In this document: piece after piece, positions 25,917 to 36,039 of the stretch
Layout: each line of letters starts with the position of its first letter
Position numbering within the stretch: position 1 is the first letter of the stretch
Source: a virus
Taxonomy: Duplodnaviria > Caudoviricetes
Strand: one strand, 5' to 3'
Length of the DNA stretch: 64,000 nucleotides
Virus record (IMG/VR): IMGVR_UViG_3300020049_016712
Coordinates: 1-64,000 of that record
Translations under genes and position numbers: made by a program
Notes under the pieces: model-generated
What the model saw: only the letters and a program-made list of their open reading frames with translations
Databases searched by the model: none
Told to the model about the DNA's origin: nothing

Positions 25917-25945
25917 TTGACAATCGTTAACGGAACTGGGATAAT
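25917..25945 (+). promoter_or_regulatory. Early promoter TTGACA-N3-GTTAAC...GATAAT
   Basis: 17-nt spacing. Confidence 0.75.
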
Positions 25946-25959
25946 CTGGTCAGTAATTC

Positions 25960-26280
25960 ATGGGAGCAAACAAGCGAATGAGCAGTAGAGAAACCGTGCC
26001 CGAGAAGGCGAAGCGCCTGACCGAGTCGTTCCGGGTCTTGATTTTGGTCGACAAGCGTGATCCGCTAGAAATAGATGCCGAGGTAATTGGAGACCACGAT
26101 TCCTACACGGTGCGATTCCGGCCCCATGGCCTGTTCTGCCAGTGCACATGGTTTCGGCTAAGGGGCCACGTGAAGCCGTGTAGCCATATTCTAGCCGTTC
26201 GCAGGGCTCTGGATTACCCTGAGTCGCAGAAGCCGGTTAGAAGGCTTGTGGAACGCCTTAGAGGGGCTCAGAAACGATGA
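25960..26280 (+). CDS. SWIM zinc-finger protein
   Basis: CQC...CSH. Confidence 0.8.
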   Translation: MGANKRMSSRETVPEKAKRLTESFRVLILVDKRDPLEIDAEVIGDHDSYTVRFRPHGLFCQCTWFRLRGHVKPCSHILAVRRALDYPESQKPVRRLVERLRGAQKR

Positions 26281-26288
26281 GTAGCGGA

Positions 26289-26573
26289 CTAAGGAAAATG
26301 AACGCCGTGGCCGTCGCCGAAAAGTTTCCGGTGAATTGCTTCCGCGCTCCCCAGTTCATCGGGCTTGGAACCTTCGATTTTCCACGACTCAACATCGCGA
26401 TCAGGGCTCAGATCGCCGAAGTCTTCAGGCAACGAAAAACGACCTCGAGGCCAGATGCGCTCCAATTCGCGCATGGTCAACTCGAGGCTATCAGGGAACG
26501 GTTCCGGCCGCCTGGTATTTCCGACCTGTTTGGCGAACTCGTAGAAAAACGCTTCGATGCCTTTCTCGGCCAC
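26289..26573 (-). CDS. Hypothetical protein
   Basis: End of the lysis gene run. Confidence 0.5.
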   Translation of the reverse strand: MAEKGIEAFFYEFAKQVGNTRRPEPFPDSLELTMRELERIWPRGRFSLPEDFGDLSPDRDVESWKIEGSKPDELGSAEAIHRKLFGDGHGVHFP

Positions 26574-26593
26574 GATGGACCAGAGAAAGGCGC

Positions 26594-26893
26594 TTAGTCG
26601 TTTCCCGGTTTATGACCGTTGGCCCAATCCACGATGAGGTCAATCAGGAAGGGGAACAGGAGAGAGGCAACGGACTTGGACCAGGCCGGCAACTCGATGC
26701 CTCCGGGCTGGTCAAAACTGGCCATCAGGTCGGCCATGACCGCCGCCTTCTTGGCGCTTCCCTTTCCACCACCTTTGACCTCCTCCTCGTGGATGGTCAC
26801 CAGTGCCATGATGGTCGCGATGATTGCCGACAGGTCGTTCGTCAGTTGTTGTTTTACGCCTAGATGTTCCAGGATCCAGCTAAAGAATTTCAT
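26594..26893 (-). CDS. Holin-like/membrane lysis protein candidate
   Basis: Hydrophobic segments; downstream of the endolysin. Confidence 0.45.
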   Translation of the reverse strand: MKFFSWILEHLGVKQQLTNDLSAIIATIMALVTIHEEEVKGGGKGSAKKAAVMADLMASFDQPGGIELPAWSKSVASLLFPFLIDLIVDWANGHKPGND

Positions 26894-27122
26894 TTTTTCT
26901 TCTTGTCCTTTCTTTTCCGATGCCCGACTTTTCCAACTCGAGCATCCTAACTCTAGATTCGAGATCTTGAAATTTTTCCTCTAATTCGAGTCGCGAACGT
27001 TCCCGCGCCGAAGCCACCAGGAGCATGCGAGCCACAGTTTCGCGCGAAACGCGGTCAGGCCATTCCATTAGCCATTTTGCCACTTCCTCATAATCGGTAG
27101 GCCCGATGCCCTCTAGATTCAA
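26880..27122 (-). CDS. Hypothetical coiled-coil protein
   Basis: Coupled to the endolysin. Confidence 0.5.
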   Translation of the reverse strand: MNLEGIGPTDYEEVAKWLMEWPDRVSRETVARMLLVASARERSRLELEEKFQDLESRVRMLELEKSGIGKERTRRKNEIL

Positions 27123-28240
27123 TCCACCATAACGCCCCAGCCATTACCCGGAGCGAACCTCCCGTCGGGATACACTTCGAATCGACGTTGAAAATTCTTC
27201 CTTGAGTATAGCCGAGATTTTCCATTGCCGTGAAGGTAGGTGCCCGTAATGAGGTTCATTTCCCCCCAAGGGTCGTTGACGATGAAATAATCAGAATCTT
27301 CCTTTCCGGTGCGGCCGCAAACCGTCATGTAATGGCCTCCTCCGCTCGGTCTTTCGATGGGTCCATGATGCAGGAGTCCGCATACCACTGGGATTTTCCG
27401 CTCCAGTTGCTTGTCGATGTCTGCAATGCTCAAGTCTTGGCGGAACCGCGCATCCACCTTGAAGTATTTTAGAGTCTCGATTTGAGCTTTGGCCTCGGTT
27501 GTGTCCCAGTTCTCCCCCCGTGCCCTACCGAGTTGACGAAGCCGCGTGTAATAGGCGTCGTCTGCGTTCGGGTCTGGTCCCAGAGTGTTCGGCTTGAGAA
27601 AGGCCAGGAGCATCGAGCACGAGCTTGAAAAACACATCCGGTCAGCCTGGCCAGGAAGCCTCGAGTCGCGTTGCGAGTAATAGGGAACGTCCAGTTCGAT
27701 TCGCTCGGGATAAACCGCGCTGACCGGCTTCTGAGGGACTGGCGGTGCCGGTTGGACAGACTGTTTTGCCAATTCGCGCAAACCCAGATTCCAGGCATGG
27801 CCTTCGGCTTCGCGGCGCCTGCGCAACCCCTCCTCGGCTGGAGTGAACGGATTGCGGTAAAGCAACAGGGCTTCGGGGACGTGATCCCATTCCTTGTTTT
27901 TGAGTCGCCGCGTGATCGTCGAGAAATCTGGATTGCCGTAAAACGCAGGTCCGAGATTGTAGGCGAACGACTCCAATGCGCCCTTCATGTAATCGTGCAT
28001 TTCCGACCAATGCGGAATTTTCTCGAGATAGGGACGAATTCGCGTATCGACGAACCAGATCAACTCCTTTTCCGCCTTCTGTTTGTTGAGAATATCGCCA
28101 GGCCGAACTTTCTGCCCGGTATGGTATCGCGTCGTCCCGTATCCAATCGTGGGAACGCTCCACCCATGAATCGGATCAGGATACGCCTTTTCGCGATACC
28201 CCTCGAAGTCTTTGATTAGCCTGAGTCCTGGACCGGTCAT
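27119..28240 (-). CDS. Endolysin: GH24 lysozyme plus C39-like peptidase
   Basis: LIKDFEG...Y.D...PTIGYG, GL.RRR.AE; YYSQRD, CFSSSC, GGHY, VNDPWG. Confidence 0.9.
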   Translation of the reverse strand: MTGPGLRLIKDFEGYREKAYPDPIHGWSVPTIGYGTTRYHTGQKVRPGDILNKQKAEKELIWFVDTRIRPYLEKIPHWSEMHDYMKGALESFAYNLGPAFYGNPDFSTITRRLKNKEWDHVPEALLLYRNPFTPAEEGLRRRREAEGHAWNLGLRELAKQSVQPAPPVPQKPVSAVYPERIELDVPYYSQRDSRLPGQADRMCFSSSCSMLLAFLKPNTLGPDPNADDAYYTRLRQLGRARGENWDTTEAKAQIETLKYFKVDARFRQDLSIADIDKQLERKIPVVCGLLHHGPIERPSGGGHYMTVCGRTGKEDSDYFIVNDPWGEMNLITGTYLHGNGKSRLYSRKNFQRRFEVYPDGRFAPGNGWGVMVD

Positions 28241-28249
28241 GATAATCTC

Positions 28250-28759
28250 CTATTCATCCTCTTCTGCGTCAACATCATCGCCTTCAGACAGTAACTCATT
28301 TAAATCCGTATCGTCGACAACTTCGCGCTCTTTACAGGTGGATCGCCAGCACCCGAGTGCGCGGATCCTCTCGATGCGTTCCAACAGGTCCACCGTCTCT
28401 TCTTCGGCCTCCTCCAATCGTTTTTCGAGATCCTTAACCCGCTCGCGCAGGCGATCTACCTCGATGTCGGCGGTCGACTTGTCGCGGTCGAGAACGTGCA
28501 TTTGCTCGCGGAGGGCGTCGATTTCACGGTCTTTCCGCTCGCGCAATTGCTCGTTTTCCTTGTCCCGTTGCTCAATTGCCGCTCGCGCGAGATCGAGACG
28601 AGTGAACAGTTTGTCGATTCGCTCATCTTGCTTGTCAATCGCGCGGTCGCGATATTTGAGCATGGCGATCCAGTACCCCGAGAGAGCGGTCGCTATCGGG
28701 GCGGCCAACATGGCGACATGGGTGGGGGTGATTGAGGTTATTGCCTCGACTTCAGGCAC
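28250..28759 (-). CDS. Membrane-anchored coiled-coil protein
   Basis: N-terminal hydrophobic helix, long coiled coil. Confidence 0.6.
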   Translation of the reverse strand: MPEVEAITSITPTHVAMLAAPIATALSGYWIAMLKYRDRAIDKQDERIDKLFTRLDLARAAIEQRDKENEQLRERKDREIDALREQMHVLDRDKSTADIEVDRLRERVKDLEKRLEEAEEETVDLLERIERIRALGCWRSTCKEREVVDDTDLNELLSEGDDVDAEEDE

Positions 28760-29238
28760 TTTTTCTCGAGTTCTCGGATCTGCCGTTCGGCTTCGTCAAT
28801 CCGACTCTTTATTTTTTCCGTCCGCCCTTTTGGGTCGGTTTCTGGTTGCGAAGCCTGCGCGTCGATCGCGATCGCGCAAAGCCTCTTGATTTCACCGGAC
28901 AGACTCATGGCTGTAAGCCCTTCTTTCGTTAAGTATAGGTTAGCTCCCTGTAAGCGTGACTGCCGACGGAGACTTTTGTCAGAGGTCAGGACGATGACAG
29001 GGAGACTAGGAAAATTAGAGCAGACGATAGATAGGGCCTCGGTTGGAGTTAACGAGGGGAAGTGCAGATCGGTAAACACGATGTCGGGGTTGACGTTTGT
29101 GGACTGAATTTGCAGGGGGCTCGAAATTACGGTAACGGCGATCTCGGCTTTGGCGCAGGAATCAACGAACAGGATCGCATCCGAACGGGAATCCTCGATG
29201 TACAGGCAGTGCATGTCGAGTATTTCCCTATCGAGCAT
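28738..29238 (-). CDS. CheY-like response regulator receiver protein
   Basis: YIEDS..D, DIVFTDLHFP, PVIVLTS, GANLYLTK. Confidence 0.85.
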   Translation of the reverse strand: MLDREILDMHCLYIEDSRSDAILFVDSCAKAEIAVTVISSPLQIQSTNVNPDIVFTDLHFPSLTPTEALSIVCSNFPSLPVIVLTSDKSLRRQSRLQGANLYLTKEGLTAMSLSGEIKRLCAIAIDAQASQPETDPKGRTEKIKSRIDEAERQIRELEKKCLKSRQ

Positions 29239-29290
29239 AATGTGACCTCTTGAATTTTAGTGAGGGGAAACTCTACTCCTGGTTATCAAT

Positions 29291-29662
29291 TTACACCCCT
29301 ATCCCCATCTTGCCATCCCTGGCGCCTGCCTGAACACCAACCATCTCGCCCAACCTCACCAGGTCTGCGCCGAGGCGGGAGTCAGCGGGAGGCTTGCGGG
29401 TCTGCTGGGATACGAGCCACAGGACGGCGCGGGTCAGGACCAGGAGGATGCGCTGCGATGGCCATTGCTGCTGGAGGGCGTATTGTGACCTAAGCTCCTC
29501 GGCTCGTGTCTGGAGTTCCGCCCGGTCGGAATCGCTTAATTCACCGTCCGGAACTATACGGATTTCCCGCGCCCCGGTGGATTGATATACCTGTATTTCT
29601 GCGCCCAGGTCGGGCTCGTAGGATTGTGCGAGGGTGGTTTCGATTTGGCGGCTTTCAGCCAT
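29291..29662 (-). CDS. Hypothetical protein
   Basis: ATG 29662 right after the upstream stop. Confidence 0.55.
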   Translation of the reverse strand: MAESRQIETTLAQSYEPDLGAEIQVYQSTGAREIRIVPDGELSDSDRAELQTRAEELRSQYALQQQWPSQRILLVLTRAVLWLVSQQTRKPPADSRLGADLVRLGEMVGVQAGARDGKMGIGV

Positions 29663-29664
29663 AT

Positions 29665-30975
29665 TTAGTCTCCTGTTCGGGTGAGTCTCAAAAGCTGCAT
29701 AAAGATGGTGTAGTTCGAAGAAGAAACGTTTTTGCTGTCGGCGGCCAGCCGCAGGGTGTGCAGGCCGGATTCGCCGACGGTGAAGGCGATTGTGCTGCGC
29801 TGATTGTAGGCTGTAGAGGCCGCGTAAAAGTCGGCCTGCCCCTGGTCTACGCCGTCGAGCAATAGATGGGCTATCCCGCTCGAGCCAGCCTTGATATGGA
29901 GGATTTCTGCGGACCAAGAGCCGGCAGACAGATCTACCTCCCACTCCAAGTAATTATGTAGTGCTATCCCGTTATAAAAGTAACCATAAAAAATGGCTGA
30001 AGCAGTAGCTTGCCAGGCCGGGGCGGAGGCATCGTCGGCCATCCACGGGTAAAGCTCGAGCGTCTCCCGCCCACGAATTGCGGGGGAATTGGCGGCGGAG
30101 GTGCGGACGAATTGCATCCAGTTGACCGGAATATAATAATCTGTTGCCAAGGCATTCTTCGTTGTGCTGGTTGCGGTTAGGGTGTAAAGCCCTGAGACAG
30201 GGACGGTCACTCCTGCAATCGAGAAGAAGGAGTTATTAGCATTAGGCGAAGCGTAGCAATCAATCGACCCAACCGCGCCGATTCCACCGTCAAGAGAGAA
30301 GTCTATGATCCCTCCATTGCTGGCCGCAGTTGCCACGATTTGCAGGGTGTGTGTGCCGGCTGCGAGCCACACTTTCCAACTCCAGGTCCACCCCGGAAGG
30401 TTGCCAGCGGCCGTGTGGACTCGCGAGCCCCACATATAACTAGTCGCCAGAGTGGTGGTGATCGAAGTGCCGCTAGTAGCAGACCACAAATAAGGCGGCA
30501 CGTCCACCACGCCCGGCAAGTCGGCGTCGGTGCGGACGAAGATTGGGGTGGTATAGGTCACCTCAATCTGCTGCAAATACACTGCTGTTGACGATCCAAC
30601 GGACTCCAGACGCAACGTTGTTGGGCCTGGAGTGTCGACCGAAAAACTGGCTGTAATTACCTGATTAACCGTTGTGGAGGCAGAATAGAGGCTGACAGTC
30701 GCCTTCGTGACCCCGTCAACCTTGATCGCCCAGTCCCCGTCTCCTGAATGGGTGGTGCAGAGTATTTTCACCGTGGCGGTGCCTGTGGTTGGCTCAATAT
30801 CCCATTCGAGGTAGGAGCCTAACACCACGCTGGCCGAGCCTATACGTGATCCCAGGATGGATGTGGCGCCAGCGAATAAGCTCAGAGAGAGATTTGTGGC
30901 CGTCGCCAATTGCGGCCACAGCACCTGCCTCGATGCCATCAGCGCCCGCCGCCGGCTACTCTGCACCAATGGCAT
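29665..30975 (-). CDS. Tail/receptor-binding protein with three tandem CBM-like domains
   Basis: Three repeats of W...GT..I......G...DG.....Y...N...L.L.. Confidence 0.65.
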   Translation of the reverse strand: MPLVQSSRRRALMASRQVLWPQLATATNLSLSLFAGATSILGSRIGSASVVLGSYLEWDIEPTTGTATVKILCTTHSGDGDWAIKVDGVTKATVSLYSASTTVNQVITASFSVDTPGPTTLRLESVGSSTAVYLQQIEVTYTTPIFVRTDADLPGVVDVPPYLWSATSGTSITTTLATSYMWGSRVHTAAGNLPGWTWSWKVWLAAGTHTLQIVATAASNGGIIDFSLDGGIGAVGSIDCYASPNANNSFFSIAGVTVPVSGLYTLTATSTTKNALATDYYIPVNWMQFVRTSAANSPAIRGRETLELYPWMADDASAPAWQATASAIFYGYFYNGIALHNYLEWEVDLSAGSWSAEILHIKAGSSGIAHLLLDGVDQGQADFYAASTAYNQRSTIAFTVGESGLHTLRLAADSKNVSSSNYTIFMQLLRLTRTGD

Positions 30976-31125
30976 GGCGCACCTCCTCCGGGTCGCAGAC
31001 TATAACTTTCCCACCTCGATCAATCAGGTGCACGTATCCGTATTCACCGAGAAACGAATACGTGTAGGGCTCACCTCGATATGATACTTGCTCGCCCGGA
31101 AAAAGGTCGTAGATTTGCTCAATCG

Positions 31126-31584
31126 TCACGCGGCCTCGCTAAACACACACTCGATGTGACACCCGATAGCCCCGGTGCCTGCCACATCGACATCCACGAT
31201 CACCAAGTCCCCTGTCGCAACGTCGTCGTTACTGGTGTCAATCACGGCTGGGGTTGCGGCCGTGGCGGAGGAGTATTCGCCTGCGTCAACACTCAGAGCC
31301 GTGGTGAGCATGTCAACATCGCTGCCGGCCCTGCGCCTGCGAACCTGAAAGGTGGGGGCACCGGAACTGGAGACGGTGGACAAGACGGCTTTGACAGACG
31401 ACAGAACCAGGCCGTTGAGATGCGCTGGGACCAGGAACGACGCCTGCCCGTCACCGGTGATCAACACGCCGTCGGCGGGAGCGGAGACGGTGAGAGAATA
31501 GGTGCGGGAAGCCTGAATGGCCGACTCGATGAGAGCCTGGGTTTCAGGCGTAATTCCTGCGCTTGGATTCGTCGTATGGCTCAT
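31126..31584 (-). CDS. Virion accessory protein
   Basis: Beta-rich; D.V..GD...DVD.AGTG pattern. Confidence 0.6.
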   Translation of the reverse strand: MSHTTNPSAGITPETQALIESAIQASRTYSLTVSAPADGVLITGDGQASFLVPAHLNGLVLSSVKAVLSTVSSSGAPTFQVRRRRAGSDVDMLTTALSVDAGEYSSATAATPAVIDTSNDDVATGDLVIVDVDVAGTGAIGCHIECVFSEAA

Positions 31585-32399
31585 TAGGAATCCTGGACGC
31601 TGACCAATGCGTACTCGGTGGTCGTGTCGCTGCTCATGTCGGCATACAACGCAGCCTTGAGCAATCCAGCACAGTCATTAACGCGCGTCCCACCAGGGAC
31701 CAAACAACATCCGCCATTGGTCTGGGCCGTGTTTCCTGGCAACATGTTTCCGTCGCCAAAATAGATCGGGTAACCGGTATAGGTTGGCAGGGCCGAAGTG
31801 GTCGGGTGGTTGATAATCTCGAGAATGGTCCGGTTGCCGTGGAAAGGCGCGAGTTGGACACGGCCATGCGTTACGCACACGTCCACAGATACCGTTGCCG
31901 ACAACGCTGCCGACGCCGAAATGCGCAGGTGATACCCCGAGGCCGAGTTGACCGTATTCTGAGCCCAGTTCGAGGAACCTGGATAGTCGAATGTAACAAG
32001 ACCTGATTGCGCCAGTGTCGCGCCACCCGAGGCCGTGCCATCGCTCAGGTTAGAAACAGCAGTCCAGGCCGACCCATTCCAATAATGCACGGCCAGCGTC
32101 GCAGCATTGGCGTTCACCTGCCCAGAAATCATGCCGATATACAGACGATTCACCGAATAATCTTCGCACTGGATTACGACCCAATCGCCGTTCGCAACCG
32201 TGTTGAGTGAGTCCAGTTGACCGTGGTTGGTTCCATCGGCACTGGCGGTCTCAGAGGTGTAGGCCGTATAATTGGCCCCATCGTCCGTGGTGACCAGGAA
32301 ACGCGTAAGGGCGCGCGCACCGACGCGAACCACTTTTTGGGTCTGGATCTGACCTGCGTCGCGATACAATTTAGCGTTTCTCCCTTGAGCAATACTCAA
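31584..32399 (-). CDS. Virion protein carrying the shared TTDDG..SGGATLAQ domain
   Basis: Domain also found in 45276-47123 and 53678-54553. Confidence 0.65.
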   Translation of the reverse strand: MSIAQGRNAKLYRDAGQIQTQKVVRVGARALTRFLVTTDDGANYTAYTSETASADGTNHGQLDSLNTVANGDWVVIQCEDYSVNRLYIGMISGQVNANAATLAVHYWNGSAWTAVSNLSDGTASGGATLAQSGLVTFDYPGSSNWAQNTVNSASGYHLRISASAALSATVSVDVCVTHGRVQLAPFHGNRTILEIINHPTTSALPTYTGYPIYFGDGNMLPGNTAQTNGGCCLVPGGTRVNDCAGLLKAALYADMSSDTTTEYALVSVQDS

Positions 32400-32403
32400 T
32401 AAC

Positions 32404-32435
32404 CCGATTTCCGCGCATGCCGAAATTGAACCTTT
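32404..32435 (-). promoter_or_regulatory. Late-gene motif AAAGGTTC-N3-TTCSGCATGCGCGGAAATCGG
   Basis: One of five strong copies, all upstream of minus-strand late-region genes. Confidence 0.7.
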
Positions 32436-32478
32436 GAGTACGATGGGAAGCGATTTGTCAAATCAAGCCAGAATCGCA

Positions 32479-32570
32479 CAAACCGTTATGGGACAATGGT
32501 TTTCAAGATGCGTTGAAAAACTTGAATTTTCCATACTTGTGCCATGAAACCGTTGTGCCATAAGGATTTG
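32479..32570. repeat. Inverted pair of imperfect palindromes
   Basis: 32479-32505 and 32545-32570 are 22/26 reverse-complementary. Confidence 0.55.
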
Positions 32571-32799
32571 CCGGTAATTCAGAGGCAGCAGAAAAGCATG
32601 ATGCTCGTGTATTTCTTTCAATTCTTAGCCACTTCAGCCTTTTAGCAAAAGGATCTTCGCCAGGATCCATTTTTCAAGCACCCCCTATGCGATGACATAG
32701 GTTAACCTTTGACGGGCTTAGAATCGATTCTGTGGCCTCTGGTGCGTTGAACGGAATATTCTCCTGTGTCAATGCTTGTTAGGTTGTCTTAACATTTGC

Positions 32800-33624
32800 C
32801 TAAGCAGTAGCCGAGACGAGTTTCAGCGAAACGAACGTTTCTTGAATATCATTATCAGAAGTTGCTTCGCCGGTGGCCTTGACAACCACGGTCGAGGATA
32901 GGGTTTCGGTCGGCGCAGCCGTTTGGCACTCGGTGCCGTAGAGCGACGAGGCCGACCCTACCGCATTCGCGAACGTGATTTGCGTCGCCGCACCGGTGCG
33001 CACGATTCGGGCCCGGACCAACAGCGAGCCTCCGTTCTGGTTCTGCGCCCCGGAACTGTAAATAGCGGTCGATCCAAAATACAATTTCACGGTCTTAGCG
33101 TTAGCGTTTGCGGCGAATGTGAACAGCGCCTCGACCTCGAGAACGTCGTTGGTTTTGGCGAGCAGACTGGCTGGAATCGTGGTCGAAATCAGATCGTCCT
33201 CTCCTGTTCCGACATTGCCGACCGAGGTGGTGGACACTACGGAATATGGCCTTTGCGCGATTAGGAGAAATTGCGTCCCATCGTATAGCAGCACCACAAT
33301 CGAACCGCTCAGGAGGTCGTACGGCAACAATGCTTGCCCGTCCAATCGCAGAACGTTCTTGGCGCCGAGCGAGTTGACGTTGATGGTCGAAGCGCCCGAG
33401 GAATTGCTGGAATGGATTTTCGCGTAAACAATCATGCCCTCGGTATACGCGGTCGGCGCATAGGATGCCGGCAGGGAAATCGTGTACGTCGGTTGCGTTC
33501 CGGCCGTGGTTGCGTAGTTCGTCGCATTCGTCTCGAGACTCTGAATCGAGGATCGGACGGCGTTAGCCCAGGTTGCGGAACTGGTATCGCCGGTGGTGAT
33601 GGACGTAATGGATGCGTTAGGCAT
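32800..33624 (-). CDS. Tail fibre-like protein
   Basis: GA.TINVN.LGAK...G..L...DL..G..V...YDGT.F.L motif. Confidence 0.7.
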   Translation of the reverse strand: MPNASITSITTGDTSSATWANAVRSSIQSLETNATNYATTAGTQPTYTISLPASYAPTAYTEGMIVYAKIHSSNSSGASTINVNSLGAKNVLRLDGQALLPYDLLSGSIVVLLYDGTQFLLIAQRPYSVVSTTSVGNVGTGEDDLISTTIPASLLAKTNDVLEVEALFTFAANANAKTVKLYFGSTAIYSSGAQNQNGGSLLVRARIVRTGAATQITFANAVGSASSLYGTECQTAAPTETLSSTVVVKATGEATSDNDIQETFVSLKLVSATA

Positions 33625-33657
33625 GTTGAATACTTCTCCTCATGGCGTTGAAAACCC

Positions 33658-36039
33658 TTACATTATCCTCCACCGAAGATTCGGGGATTGGCCATGCAGT
33701 TCGCAATTTGCAATCATGATCGTGTCGCATGGCCACCCAGAACCCATGGCTAATGTTCCCGAGTCACGGTTCGGCTCAGGAGGTTGTGCATCGTTGACAA
33801 ACTCGTACATTTCCTCAAGTTCACCCGTGTCGGTCCGCAGTTTTAGCAGGAAGCGTTTGATTCCGACAGCGTCAAAACCGGAGGCGGTAACGTCGCGCCA
33901 ATCCTCGGCCACCAGGTAGACAAAATCATCGGTCAGAAACGGTGTTGAAATGACCTGCCCGTGACGTGGCTCCTTGAGTCCTGACGGAATCGTTCCACTT
34001 TGGGACGGAACCACGGCATCGGGAGCCGCACCCAGGATTTCCTCGTCATGAAGATTCGTTGACCATATCACCGTCAGGCTCGACCCAGAAACGGTGAATT
34101 TCGCCATGGTTGCGATCTCGGCCACCACGGTATTGTGATACTCCAGTTCGTAATCACTCCAGGTCCCGATATTGGCGGTTTTGGTAGGCGCCAACGCAGG
34201 AGACGCGTTGCCGCGCGGGAACCCATAACATTCTCCGTTGTGGATTGCGATTTTCCCGGAGTGCCACAGAGTCGGTTTCGTCGTGATAAGCCCCTGTTTC
34301 GGCTTGTAGAATCGAAACCAGTGATATTTTATCAGCGTGTCGGACGCGAGGTGGAAAAATAACCATGCTGGTGGACGCGTAAACGAGGTTAGAGCCGCAG
34401 TCCAAATTGGTTCGAGGAACGATACTCCAGCCGAGGTTTCGCGCTCCTTCATGCAGTGGACACCTTGATCGGAGGCTTGAGCAGGCTGAAATGAGCTTTG
34501 CGGGCCGGCATCGGGATCCTGGCCTGGAGAGAAATAGAATTCACCGCCGTAGTAATCGGGAATCTCGACCTTGGCCGGGTAAATCGTATCGTAATAGGTG
34601 AACGATCCTGACGATGGCTGCGGAACACAGAACCGAATCGCATCGGGGACGACACTTTCGCCATCGTCAGGCGAGGATCCGCCTTGCCCGTGATAGCATG
34701 GATCCGATCCGAACGCATTCTGCAACGGTGCTGTAATGTTGCTTGCAGAAGGCGTCACAGTCTCTCGTGTCCACTGACCAGCACCTGTTCCGGTGATGAC
34801 AATCGGATTCCCATCAGAATCGTTATAAGTGTCGGTGTCGGACACATAGGCCGTCGACGTAATCGCACCGGTGCGAACATCGATAACCATATATCCGTGT
34901 TTCCAGTCGATGGCCTCTGGGGACCCAATCGCATCACCGGATTCTGAATATACTGAATTTAGTTCACCCTCAAGCTCTGCTAATCGAGCCGCGCCAAATC
35001 CGGCCGACCCTTGCCGGTTATCCAGGTTGGTCGGGGGAGGACTCGGATTCGTCACTAACGGTTGTTGAGGATTCACTCCAGGAGTTCCCGATCCGCTGTT
35101 AAACCAGCGCCCCAAGACGGTTGATGTGACCTGGCTGGCGTTACCGTCTGGATCGCGAACGGTAAACGTTGACGATGACGCGAAATCTTTTCCAGGCTTG
35201 ACCATGAGGAAGTCGATTTCCTCGAAATGGACCAGGATGGAGGTGCTGGAGTATTGGCAGATTGGAGTGTATAGGAATCGAGTCCACTCGTTGGATCCGA
35301 AATCGGAAATACCCGAACAAGCCACAGTCTGATTGTCGCGATCCGCAACTCCTGTCGGAACGTCTTCCCAACCCTTTTTGTGCCAAATCTTCCCGGTGGA
35401 AATCGAGCATCCCATGATTTGATGGGCGCGCGCGAACCGAGGTACGAAAATACCCAGTTCCGGGAATACGATATTGTCATAATACCACGCTTCCGAGTAG
35501 AGACTGTAAAACCATGGGATCGAGCCATGGTCCTCGAGTCCGTCGCCGATCAATTGCCGGTCGCGCTTGTTGTTCGTGCCGACAGAAATGGGGAATGAAT
35601 AATTTTCGCGAGAAGTTCGCGTCGTCCAGGTGCGAATATCGAAACGCGAGCAATCCATTTGCCGCGCCACGCTGGGCTCTGTCTGAGCAAGAGAAAACGT
35701 GTCTTCTATCTCTCCTGTTTCAGAATTCATGACAACGACCGAAGGCTGATAGAGAATCGAGCGCGCTCCTGATGAAGCCAGCCAGTTGTCAAATTCGACA
35801 ATCGAGTGTTGGATAACGACTTGAGCAACCTTGCCCTCAAACTCCATAGGTTCGCCAACCGCAAGGCCGTCGCCGCATAGGCAGAATTCGCGCTCCCACT
35901 TGAGCGGCAAAGCGGAGTCGGACCTATCGAAGTGCTTGATTTTTCTGCATTTTTTGGCCTGCGACAGTATGACTTCCAGGACAGCGGTATTGGTCTGTCC
36001 GAACGGCCACTCATAGGATGAAATCGCGGTCAAGCTCAT
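33658..36039 (-). CDS. Large minor tail protein
   Basis: Tail module position; 793 aa. Confidence 0.6.
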   Translation of the reverse strand: MSLTAISSYEWPFGQTNTAVLEVILSQAKKCRKIKHFDRSDSALPLKWEREFCLCGDGLAVGEPMEFEGKVAQVVIQHSIVEFDNWLASSGARSILYQPSVVVMNSETGEIEDTFSLAQTEPSVARQMDCSRFDIRTWTTRTSRENYSFPISVGTNNKRDRQLIGDGLEDHGSIPWFYSLYSEAWYYDNIVFPELGIFVPRFARAHQIMGCSISTGKIWHKKGWEDVPTGVADRDNQTVACSGISDFGSNEWTRFLYTPICQYSSTSILVHFEEIDFLMVKPGKDFASSSTFTVRDPDGNASQVTSTVLGRWFNSGSGTPGVNPQQPLVTNPSPPPTNLDNRQGSAGFGAARLAELEGELNSVYSESGDAIGSPEAIDWKHGYMVIDVRTGAITSTAYVSDTDTYNDSDGNPIVITGTGAGQWTRETVTPSASNITAPLQNAFGSDPCYHGQGGSSPDDGESVVPDAIRFCVPQPSSGSFTYYDTIYPAKVEIPDYYGGEFYFSPGQDPDAGPQSSFQPAQASDQGVHCMKERETSAGVSFLEPIWTAALTSFTRPPAWLFFHLASDTLIKYHWFRFYKPKQGLITTKPTLWHSGKIAIHNGECYGFPRGNASPALAPTKTANIGTWSDYELEYHNTVVAEIATMAKFTVSGSSLTVIWSTNLHDEEILGAAPDAVVPSQSGTIPSGLKEPRHGQVISTPFLTDDFVYLVAEDWRDVTASGFDAVGIKRFLLKLRTDTGELEEMYEFVNDAQPPEPNRDSGTLAMGSGWPCDTIMIANCELHGQSPNLRWRIM

